DNA of 38,101 bases, taken from IMG/VR virus record IMGVR_UViG_3300040801_000957, positions 1-38,101 of that record; one strand, 5' to 3'. Made by a program: the position numbers and the translations under genes. Under the pieces are notes generated by a model. It saw only the letters and a list, made by a program, of their open reading frames with translations. It was not told the DNA's origin and made no database searches. This stretch comes from a virus. Below are positions 1-6,364 of this stretch, piece by piece (within the stretch, counting starts at the first letter, position 1; each line of letters begins with the position of its first letter).

Positions 1-117
1 CGCATTTTTCGGCCTCATATTCTCTGATTAATTTATGTATATCACTCATGATTCATCCTTTTTAATCTGTCTGCTATAAAATCCTGAACAGTTCCTTTAT
101 ATTGCCACCGCGCATAA
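1..117. repeat. Terminal direct repeat, copy 1 (identical to 37985..38101)
   Basis: Base-by-base comparison: cgcatttttcggcctcatattctc...attgccaccgcgcataa occurs at both ends. Confidence 0.95.
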
Positions 118-314
118 ATTTTATTTCGCCATCTAAACTTTTTTCTTGATGGCCAGTAATCAAGTCGGTCGCCAAGCAGGGTGCAACTGTAGTGATATGT
201 GGTGTGTTTAGTAAAGCCCGTTAGATCGGCTTCAGCAAGGTTTTTCTTGCCCTGCTTTTTGCGGTGTTCCTTCATGGCTCTACCAATAATTGCAATGTCA
301 CTATCGCTACTCAT
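42..314 (-). CDS. Hypothetical early protein (90 aa, basic)
   Basis: The ATG is preceded by the conserved box AGAGAGGGTGAA (317..332). The stop overlaps the start of the next gene (ATGAGTGA) across the circular junction. No family recognised. Confidence 0.7.
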   Translation of the reverse strand: MSSDSDIAIIGRAMKEHRKKQGKKNLAEADLTGFTKHTTYHYSCTLLGDRLDYWPSRKKFRWRNKIYARWQYKGTVQDFIADRLKRMNHE

Positions 315-317
315 GAT

Positions 318-563
318 TCACCCTCTCTTAGTCATTGCTTCACTGTTAAACTCAACGGTTTTTTCAGGAAACCCAAACCATACATTTCTTTCTGACACAA
401 AGAACGGCCTCGCTTTTTTCTGTATCGTAATTTCAATATACATTTCAGGCTCTGAGTATTTTGGATGGTAGTGAAGTTTCCACTTGCCAGTCGGCCAGGC
501 TTCGGTTGGGTTGGTATACGAGTCGCTGAAGTATAAAACGTTTTTAGTTATCGTATCACTCAT
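318..563 (-). CDS. Hypothetical early protein (81 aa)
   Basis: ORF in the co-directional operon. The start overlaps the stop of the upstream small ORF (ATGAGTGA). Confidence 0.7.
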   Translation of the reverse strand: MSDTITKNVLYFSDSYTNPTEAWPTGKWKLHYHPKYSEPEMYIEITIQKKARPFFVSERNVWFGFPEKTVEFNSEAMTKRG

Positions 564-693
564 GCTTCAACCCCTCCGCAAACGCTTTTAGTTCAGCCTT
601 TTTGTCTTTAGGTACCCACACAGTCACCTGAACATAGCCGGCATCCCTCATGCGCTTCTTGAAGGATGCTTGACGTTGTTTAGTGGTTTTCAT
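556..693 (-). CDS. Small basic protein (45 aa, MKTTKQRQASFKKRMRDAGYVQVTVWVPKDKKAELKAFAEGLKHE), possibly a ribbon-helix-helix-like regulator
   Basis: Not in the ORF track (under 60 aa). ATGA overlap with the upstream stop and overlap with the downstream start. The RxRxRxxGxxxVxVWVP pattern recalls small RHH/antitoxin-like proteins (from memory). Confidence 0.45.
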   Translation of the reverse strand: MKTTKQRQASFKKRMRDAGYVQVTVWVPKDKKAELKAFAEGLKHE

Positions 694-920
694 TGGATTA
701 CAACCTGAGCAACTTGATATTCACAATCGCCGTTGCTGTATTCTTTGCGGCTTTTGATCCATCTTTTAACCTTTACCATTTTGAGGATATAAGTTCCTTT
801 CTTGACTCCCATGTGTGCAGACCAATCTTTACTGTAAACTTCGCTTGATATTACAGCATCAGCCAGTGTTCCGTTAGCCATTTCAACTTTAACCTTTTGA
901 CCAATTTTTAATGCTGCCAT
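690..920 (-). CDS. Hypothetical protein (76 aa from ATG 920; the track ORF extends to 974)
   Basis: Strong SD AAGGAGATAGAC directly precedes ATG 920 (MAALKIGQKVKVEM...). Confidence 0.6.
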   Translation of the reverse strand: MAALKIGQKVKVEMANGTLADAVISSEVYSKDWSAHMGVKKGTYILKMVKVKRWIKSRKEYSNGDCEYQVAQVVIQ

Positions 921-977
921 GTCTATCTCCTTAGTTAATATAGACATGATATACGTTACTGGTAACGATGTCAAGGA

Positions 978-1556
978 TTACCGTGCTTCCAGTGCTTTAA
1001 TTTTATTTGCGTACTTCTTTTTGGCCCCTCTCCAGTCGTCTGCGGTCCACTTTCGTGGCGGGTGATACTTCTCAAGGGCTAATACTCGTTCCCTGCCTAT
1101 GCGCTCTACCAGGCGTTCTCTGTAGACGCCTGCATTGCCTGACTGATGGTTATTACAGATAGAACACTGGACATGGCAGTTATCCTCGTTCAGGGCCATG
1201 TCTAGTCCTGGGTGCGCTCCGACTGACTTCCAGTGTCCTGCGTGAGCCTGCCTGTCCCCGTCAATACCGAATCGATAACCGCACGTAATACAGGGCTGTC
1301 CCTTGTCGCGCATTCTGATATAACGCCTAAAGGTATCATGTGCGAGTCGTTTCTGGGTCTTAAGATCATTCCGGTAAAACTTTTTCCTACGGTCCCGCAT
1401 GGATTGTTTTTTAGCTTTTTCAACGCGCTGCCTCCCCTCTCTGGTGTTCACGTACTCTATCGCCTTCTCATAGGTGCAAAACACGCCCACAGGCAGCACG
1501 ATAAAGTCTGCGATGTATTCTCCGCATAATTTACACTTGCGTTTACGGTTAGCCAT
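978..1556 (-). CDS. ninG: NinG/Rap-family recombination endonuclease
   Basis: N-terminal CxxC, a basic region, then PCITCG...AGHW...NCHVQCSICNNHQSGN...RIGRERV. This is colinear with lambda NinG as I recall it (PCISCG...AGHY...KQCVVCNQHKSGN...RIGQEAV). The track frame opens with TTG at 1568. ATG 1556 lies 6 nt after GAGG and overlaps the upstream stop (ATGGCTAA). Confidence 0.85.
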   Translation of the reverse strand: MANRKRKCKLCGEYIADFIVLPVGVFCTYEKAIEYVNTREGRQRVEKAKKQSMRDRRKKFYRNDLKTQKRLAHDTFRRYIRMRDKGQPCITCGYRFGIDGDRQAHAGHWKSVGAHPGLDMALNEDNCHVQCSICNNHQSGNAGVYRERLVERIGRERVLALEKYHPPRKWTADDWRGAKKKYANKIKALEAR

Positions 1557-1785
1557 CATCATCCTCAAATAGTCGCTTATCGGTCATTTCGCCCTGGTCA
1601 TTAATCGCGTATATTCCAAGCACCGTGATCCTAAGCACACTGTGGTCATCGAAAATAAGGTCTACCCTGGTTGGTGATGCCTTGGCTACTTCGCCACCCT
1701 CTTTTTTTGCCTCTTCAAATATTTCATCCAGGTTCACACTAAACCAGTCAGCAACCTTGTTCATTATTGCTTGAGATAATTGCAT
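1549..1785 (-). CDS. Hypothetical acidic protein (78 aa)
   Basis: ORF coupled on both sides within the operon. No family recognised. Confidence 0.65.
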   Translation of the reverse strand: MQLSQAIMNKVADWFSVNLDEIFEEAKKEGGEVAKASPTRVDLIFDDHSVLRITVLGIYAINDQGEMTDKRLFEDDDG

Positions 1786-2255
1786 CAGTCGCGCCCCTCC
1801 GCCTCTTTTTGCAGTTTACTAAACTTGCCTTTTGACTCCAGGACCAGGCCATCATTGGCAGCAGTCATCTGGAACCAGGTTAAAAAGTTAAACATTTCGC
1901 CGGTTTTCCAATCCTTTGAGCTAGTGAAGTCGCGCCTACTCTCGCCGCTAAACGGGTCCACTATCTCATGGATCAGCCAGGGCTCCTGAGAGTATCGGTA
2001 ATACTTCTGCTTGGCTATGCGCTTCATGCCGGCCAATTCACCCTTGGTGACTTCTTTCTTTGGCTTATCCAAAAGATGGGCCGCATATTCTGTAGCCCAC
2101 ACATGAAATAGCGCGTTTTGGTCCAGGGACCTGTCAGGGCCTATCCTGGGTTTTGGGTAGGTTAGGTAATGATGCTTGTCGTAAAGCGCCCTGACATTAG
2201 CCAGGAACGCTGACAGACTATGCTCGCTATTGATTGTCCAGATTTGACCTTCCAT
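1785..2255 (-). CDS. ninB: NinB-like recombination protein
   Basis: RSLDQNALFHVWATEYA and TSSKDWKTGEMFNFLTWFQMTAANDGLVL are colinear with lambda NinB (recalled: RSLDQNRKLWACLGDV ... STSRMRVGEFAELLELIQAFGTERGV). The start is placed at ATG 2255 (GAGGAAAAT-ATG), downstream of the preceding stop at 2296. The track ORF runs to 2363. Confidence 0.7.
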   Translation of the reverse strand: MEGQIWTINSEHSLSAFLANVRALYDKHHYLTYPKPRIGPDRSLDQNALFHVWATEYAAHLLDKPKKEVTKGELAGMKRIAKQKYYRYSQEPWLIHEIVDPFSGESRRDFTSSKDWKTGEMFNFLTWFQMTAANDGLVLESKGKFSKLQKEAEGRD

Positions 2256-2295
2256 ATTTTCCTCGATATGCCCCCGAAGGGACGGTTGATAAAAT

Positions 2296-2520
2296 TTAGT
2301 AGTCCTCTTCATTCCATTCATGCAACACCAGGGGCTTTCCTCCTGATATATATGCGCACCCAATATTGAAGTCGTAAAACTCTACCGCTTCGTGATAGTC
2401 CATGCCCTGGTCTTTTAAGTTCTGGATAATAATGTCCCAGGAATACACCAGGCGCTGCTCACCGTCATCTAGATCAACAACGCCCAGTATGGCATTATCA
2501 TGGCCGTCCATCTTAAGCAT
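2296..2520 (-). CDS. Hypothetical protein (74 aa)
   Basis: ORF between ssb and the ninB-like gene, with 1-nt stop/start coupling to ssb. Confidence 0.6.
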   Translation of the reverse strand: MLKMDGHDNAILGVVDLDDGEQRLVYSWDIIIQNLKDQGMDYHEAVEFYDFNIGCAYISGGKPLVLHEWNEEDY

Positions 2521-2984
2521 CAGAACGGAATATCATCATCAAACACATTCCCTTGCGACTGTGGTTGCGGCACATTAGCTTTGGTCCCTGCGCCTGGCTG
2601 ATAGCCGCCTGCTTGGTTTTGTGTCGTGCCCATAGTTGTATTGCCCTCCTTAAATGTAACGATCTGCATATCATCGCCAATTACCTGGGTCATATAATGC
2701 TTTACGCCATCCTTTTCCCATGACCTGGTCTTGATCTTTCCTGAGACAAAAACCTTACAGCCTTTAGCCAGGTATTCGCCTGCAATTTCAGCGAGCCGCC
2801 TGAACAGCACAACCTTATGCCATTCAGTGTCCTCACGGTCTTCACCTGTCTGCTTGTCCTTCCAGGTTTCACTGGTTGCGACAGACATATTGCAGACCGC
2901 ATCCCCGTTGGGCATATATTTGATTTCAGGGTCCTGCCCTAGTGTGCCCATAATATTTGCTTGATTTATGCCTTTCTTAGCCAT
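2520..2984 (-). CDS. ssb: Single-stranded DNA-binding protein
   Basis: OB-fold signature (ANIMGTLGQDPEIKYMPNGDAVCNMSVATSETWKD...TEWHKVVLFRRLAEIAGEYLAKG), a G/Q/P-rich linker and the acidic tail DDDIPF. ATG 2984 overlaps the upstream stop (ATGGCTAA). Confidence 0.9.
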   Translation of the reverse strand: MAKKGINQANIMGTLGQDPEIKYMPNGDAVCNMSVATSETWKDKQTGEDREDTEWHKVVLFRRLAEIAGEYLAKGCKVFVSGKIKTRSWEKDGVKHYMTQVIGDDMQIVTFKEGNTTMGTTQNQAGGYQPGAGTKANVPQPQSQGNVFDDDIPF

Positions 2985-3390
2985 TTGCCAACTCCAGTAA
3001 ATTTTCAATGTCACGGATCTGATCGTCTTTCAGTCCGTATCGTTCGCGTACCACCATATAGGCCAATTGTTTTGACGCAGTCATCGTATGCTTTTGCGGC
3101 AGACTCAACTCTATCTGCTGTGTTTCAACAGGGCTCTGGACCACTGGTTTTGCTTGCTTGTTAGAAAAACCGCAGGCTTTATAAATTCGCCGACTGCCCA
3201 CAGCATTGTCATCAAATATAATTCCGTCCTCTTCAGCCCTGGACAATATAGACGCCATGGTGTTGTAAGAAACCTTGTATTTTTTCTTTAGTTTTTCTAG
3301 GCATACCCTTCGCCCTCTTCCCATCTGCTTTAATTCATCCCTAACTAATGGGGCCACTTGTTTTTTTCTGTTGTCGCCTCTTACGCTCAT
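2977..3390 (-). CDS. Hypothetical basic protein (137 aa), possibly DNA-binding
   Basis: ORF in the operon. The lysine/arginine-rich N-terminal half is the only hint of function. Confidence 0.6.
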   Translation of the reverse strand: MSVRGDNRKKQVAPLVRDELKQMGRGRRVCLEKLKKKYKVSYNTMASILSRAEEDGIIFDDNAVGSRRIYKACGFSNKQAKPVVQSPVETQQIELSLPQKHTMTASKQLAYMVVRERYGLKDDQIRDIENLLELANG

Positions 3391-3404
3391 TTCTGTTTCC
3401 TCGC

Positions 3405-3884
3405 TTACTTGATGATTATGCCGGCCTGGCCCTCAGCCAGTCGACAGCCTGGTATCTCTTCGCCCTCTTTGAGAGCCGCTGCAATTGCTTTCTTGTCTGG
3501 CGCCGTCACTACCTTGACGCTCATGTAATCGTCTGGCACCAGGTCCTCGTCATCAACTACAACGGTTTTAGATGGCTTACGCATAGTTACTGAAAACAGT
3601 GGGCACTCGATTTTATTAATGCCTGACGCTGTCATGTTTTCTCTCAGGTAATTTTTTAACCAGGCTATCTTGTTGGTCCTGGTTTTAATTTTCTGATCAA
3701 TGGTGGCCTTGTGCGCCTTTAGGGCATCAATTTCTGCTTCAATATTCTGGACCACAGAACCAAGGGCTATGCCTTTGTCCTCGAATTCGCCCTGTATTGA
3801 CTCAAGGGTGTCTGCCAGAACATCCTCTGGCAGGTCTTCTTGTTGTATGGCTAATACATCAGCCGTTAGCTCATGCAGCTTCAT
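3405..3884 (-). CDS. Siphovirus-Gp157-like protein (recombination-module accessory)
   Basis: About 160 aa. Acidic N-terminus, central coiled coil (IEAEIDALKAHKATIDQKIKTRTNKIAWLKNYL) and C-terminal ...PDKKAIAAALKEGEEIPGCRL match my memory of the Gp157 family layout. It lies immediately downstream of the annealase, as is common. Confidence 0.55.
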   Translation of the reverse strand: MKLHELTADVLAIQQEDLPEDVLADTLESIQGEFEDKGIALGSVVQNIEAEIDALKAHKATIDQKIKTRTNKIAWLKNYLRENMTASGINKIECPLFSVTMRKPSKTVVVDDEDLVPDDYMSVKVVTAPDKKAIAAALKEGEEIPGCRLAEGQAGIIIK

Positions 3885-4605
3885 CGGCGGCCTCCAGTTT
3901 AGCTTTGACTTCGTCCTTTACGTCAGTAAAGTAGATAACGCCGGCGTTGTCACCACGGCGGTCCATTTTGCGCACAGCCGCCTTATACAGCCCTTGTAGC
4001 TCATTCAAAGAAACAGCCTTTTGCATAGCAGCCAGGTTGTTGCTCTTCCAGTCCTCGTATTCTTTGCGTTGACGCAGAGCCTCTTCGTCTTTATCGTCTG
4101 CTTTCTTGAGCAGTTCGGCGTTTACCTGCTCTTGCACGTATTCACGGTCGTCAAACTGGCCCATGAAAATATCAGCAGAGAAACCAAGCATAGACAATGC
4201 TTTTTTGATCGCGTCAGTGAGTGATTTTTTAGGGGCTTCGCCATCGACTCGCATATAGCGATTGTCGCCCTGGCCTGCCATGTACTTGTACTGTGTGTGA
4301 CCGTAAGAAAGGATAGAGCCAAAATCTTCGCCTAGCTTGTACCAGAATCGCAGCTTGATGGTGTGAGTTTCTGAGTATTCAATTGGATTGCCCTCAGCGT
4401 CAAACTGAATAGGAGCTCCTCGGTCCATGCGCTCCTCAGCTATTTCATAACCCCAACCAATACCGCACGGCCCGAATTGCTCTGTGGCTCGTTTGAACAT
4501 ATAGGTGCCGTTAATGGACGTTTCAGTCCTACCAGACACCTGTGATTGTTTAGTGGCAGATGGCTCAGTCTTTTCGACCGCTCCCCAGATAGATAGATTA
4601 TCCAT
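3871..4605 (-). CDS. Rad52/Sak-like single-strand annealing protein
   Basis: FKRATEQFGPCGIGWGYEI resembles the Rad52 LNExFGxxGWS motif. KKSLTDAIKKALSMLGFSADIF resembles the SDAxKRAxxxFGIG motif. The context is Gp157-like, SSB, NinB and NinG. Confidence 0.6.
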   Translation of the reverse strand: MDNLSIWGAVEKTEPSATKQSQVSGRTETSINGTYMFKRATEQFGPCGIGWGYEIAEERMDRGAPIQFDAEGNPIEYSETHTIKLRFWYKLGEDFGSILSYGHTQYKYMAGQGDNRYMRVDGEAPKKSLTDAIKKALSMLGFSADIFMGQFDDREYVQEQVNAELLKKADDKDEEALRQRKEYEDWKSNNLAAMQKAVSLNELQGLYKAAVRKMDRRGDNAGVIYFTDVKDEVKAKLEAADEAA

Positions 4606-4804
4606 TTTGATGGTCCTCGCGTAGCTTATTAGATAGGGCCTCGATACCCTCTAGGTGACCCAGGTGCATAGCCTGGATTAAACCCTTGCCAATATAGGCT
4701 CGGATTAGTTCGCGCTCAAGATGCCCCATTGGCACCCCAAGCTTGTTAATTTCTGCCATAACGGCATCCAATAAATCATCGTTATTTTTTGATAGTTCAA
4801 TCAT
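4598..4804 (-). CDS. Hypothetical protein (68 aa)
   Basis: ORF coupled to the annealase gene (8-nt overlap). Confidence 0.6.
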   Translation of the reverse strand: MIELSKNNDDLLDAVMAEINKLGVPMGHLERELIRAYIGKGLIQAMHLGHLEGIEALSNKLREDHQNG

Positions 4805-4904
4805 AATCCTTCTCCAAGGTCAGTCCATTTTTCTTGCAGTTCAATTGGTGCGTCAGCGTAGGGGTCTTTCCAGGGGCCTTTTGATTTGGCCAGACGTTAA
4901 TCAT
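4797..4904 (-). CDS. Tiny ORF (35 aa, MINVWPNQKAPGKTPTLTHQLNCKKNGLTLEKDYD)
   Basis: Hand-translated. Its ATG overlaps the stop of the upstream 26-codon ORF and its stop overlaps ATG 4804. Coupling is the only evidence. Confidence 0.25.
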   Translation of the reverse strand: MINVWPNQKAPGKTPTLTHQLNCKKNGLTLEKDYD

Positions 4905-4977
4905 CTGCCTGCTCCATTTTACGGCGCTTCTCAACAAGTTCTCTGGCCAGTCTGTCGTAGTATTGGTGTGTCATCAT
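4897..4977 (-). CDS. Tiny ORF (26 aa, MMTHQYYDRLARELVEKRRKMEQADD)
   Basis: Hand-translated. It is preceded by the conserved leader/SD box ACCGAACTGAGGATTA (4984..4999). Confidence 0.25.
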   Translation of the reverse strand: MMTHQYYDRLARELVEKRRKMEQADD

Positions 4978-5002
4978 GATGTGTAATCCTCAGTTCGGTG
5001 GT

Positions 5003-5016
5003 GGCCCCGAAGGGCC
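5003..5016 (-). promoter_or_regulatory. cUUCGg tetraloop hairpin on the minus-strand transcript (GGCCC-UUCG-GGGCC)
   Basis: Plus strand reads ggccc cgaa gggcc. It sits between the stop of 5024..5266 and the conserved leader box, with no U-tract. Confidence 0.5.
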
Positions 5017-5023
5017 TAATTAG

Positions 5024-5266
5024 TTAGCCTATTAAAATTTCTGAATTTGTGTTTACTCTTCTTTGAATGTTCAGAAGGGTTTGCTTCAGAACTACAATCA
5101 TGTTGTCTAGTGCCTCGATCTGCTTGCAGCAACATTTTGCTTCCACCTCCAGGCCCTCTTCCATGTATGCGTCTTGCTTTTCAATCCAATGGTCTTTCTT
5201 TTCTTGTTTTAGGTTAATTGTATCCCTGATTACTTGAAGAGAAGTTTCGTATGCTATATTGGTCAT
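5024..5266 (-). CDS. Hypothetical protein (80 aa, coiled-coil-like, CCC triplet)
   Basis: First ORF downstream of promoter P2 and leader box 5271..5286. Confidence 0.65.
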   Translation of the reverse strand: MTNIAYETSLQVIRDTINLKQEKKDHWIEKQDAYMEEGLEVEAKCCCKQIEALDNMIVVLKQTLLNIQRRVNTNSEILIG

Positions 5267-5311
5267 GTCGTATTCCTTAGTTCGGTTTGTTAATCAATTT
5301 CTATACTTAGG

Positions 5312-5339
5312 ATTATACCGATATTAGATATAATTGCAA
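5312..5339 (-). promoter_or_regulatory. Sigma70-type promoter P2 (minus strand): TTGCAA-16 nt-TATAAT
   Basis: Reverse complement reads aaaagtgTTGCAAttatatctaatatcggTATAATcc. It shares the 12-nt upstream box AAAAGTGTTGCA with P1. Confidence 0.55.
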
Positions 5340-5371
5340 CACTTTTAGATACTATCTTTTAGTTAGTGTTA

Positions 5372-5400
5372 GGAAGTGTAGCATTTTCAGCCACACTTCC
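5372..5400 (-). terminator. Hairpin after the first early gene (GGAAGTGT-13 nt-ACACTTCC), terminator-like but lacking a U-tract
   Basis: An 8-bp perfect inverted repeat that starts 8 nt after the stop at 5408. Confidence 0.35.
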
Positions 5401-5407
5401 CAACCGG

Positions 5408-5890
5408 CTAGTCGCGTACTGCCTCGATGTAAGCTAGGTCAAAATTGGTTTGTGGCACATCTTTCAAGTCGTTGACACCCAGGATGACTTCGCGGTCCAC
5501 AACAAACACGTTTTCGTCAGGATGATAGCCTGCGGGTGACTGCAAGCCTTCGCCTGTTGCCTGGAATACGATGTACTTGCAATCTGACATCTTAACCAGG
5601 TCCTGGGTTAGGGTTGTCATGAATCTATCAATTTGCTGATAGGCATGGTGCGCTTTGTGAGACTCTTGCCATTTATCCATGAATTTCTGGCGCTCCTCAT
5701 AGTTTGGCTCGCCGTCTTTATCCATGATGTCAGCCAACGCTTCCATTAAGTCTACATCGGCGTATTCATCTGCCTGGGCTTTAGCTTCTTCGCGGGTTGG
5801 GTTGCCTAAGCCAGTTAGAATTTCCATCTGCTCTTGAATTAATGGAAGGATGCGCTCTTGCTTCTGGTTTAAAGTTAATCGTGGGTTCAT
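5408..5890 (-). CDS. Strongly acidic early protein (160 aa), function unknown
   Basis: First ORF downstream of P1. By hand count it has about 31 D/E against about 16 K/R. Confidence 0.75.
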   Translation of the reverse strand: MNPRLTLNQKQERILPLIQEQMEILTGLGNPTREEAKAQADEYADVDLMEALADIMDKDGEPNYEERQKFMDKWQESHKAHHAYQQIDRFMTTLTQDLVKMSDCKYIVFQATGEGLQSPAGYHPDENVFVVDREVILGVNDLKDVPQTNFDLAYIEAVRD

Positions 5891-5935
5891 GTCTTAATCC
5901 TCAGTTCGGTTGGTTAATCACTCTTTATGGTTCCC

Positions 5936-5963
5936 ATTATACAGACATGAAAAAGAAGTGCAA
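5936..5963 (-). promoter_or_regulatory. Sigma70-type promoter P1 (minus strand): TTGCAC-16 nt-TATAAT
   Basis: Reverse complement reads aaaagtgTTGCACttctttttcatgtctgTATAATggg. It is followed by leader box ACCGAACTGAGGATTA (5895..5910) and ATG 5890. Confidence 0.6.
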
Positions 5964-5971
5964 CACTTTTG

Positions 5972-5999
5972 TTGATTTAATTCCACATTGTGTTATAGT
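5972..5999 (+). promoter_or_regulatory. Sigma70-type promoter for the plus-strand block: TTGATT-16 nt-TGtTATAGT (extended -10)
   Basis: ttgatttaattccacattgtgttatagt lies about 40 nt upstream of ATG 6040 (SD GAGGA). Its -35 is 8 bp from the -35 of divergent P1. Confidence 0.55.
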
Positions 6000-6039
6000 G
6001 GCAACATGAAATGATTTATTTTTTAATGAGGACGACCGC

Positions 6040-6255
6040 ATGAAGCTAGATATTAAACGCGCTATCGATATGGCAAGGGCCAGAAAGAAGTGGTCATTAT
6101 TGACCCTATCTTTGGAAATGGATACAAACCAAATGAAGTTAACCAGGTTGCGTAATGGCTCCCAACGGTTGCTTTTTACTGACGCATTACTGATCTGCAA
6201 TCTGTGTGGTTGCACAATCCAGGAATTTCTTGGTTGGGCAAAAGGCCAGGATTAG
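6040..6255 (+). CDS. Cro/XRE-like helix-turn-helix regulator (71 aa)
   Basis: ARARKKWSLLTLSLEMDTNQMKLTRLRNGSQRLLFTDALLICNLCGCTIQEFL fits the HTH_3 pattern (xLxxLAxxxGxxxxxISRxExG...L..I...L...). It is the first gene of the divergent operon. Confidence 0.7.
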   Translation: MKLDIKRAIDMARARKKWSLLTLSLEMDTNQMKLTRLRNGSQRLLFTDALLICNLCGCTIQEFLGWAKGQD

Positions 6256-6364
6256 TATATACTTTTTGTTGTGGCTTACCGAAGCTTGATCACTTTGGGA
6301 CAGCCTTTTCTCCGCTGGGGTTGCCACACACATTTTAAACGGACCAATCAAATCGGAGAAAATA

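Noticed and set aside
2268-2285. Fourth UUCG hairpin (CCC-UUCG-GGG) upstream of the ninB-like start
   Set aside because: The stem is only 3-4 bp and lies in the disputed 5' extension of the ORF, so it is likely chance.
6256-6364. tR1/nut-like terminator between the Cro-like and O-like genes
   Set aside because: Only a 4-bp GGCT/AGCC pairing with a large loop precedes the cttttct run, which is too weak to call.
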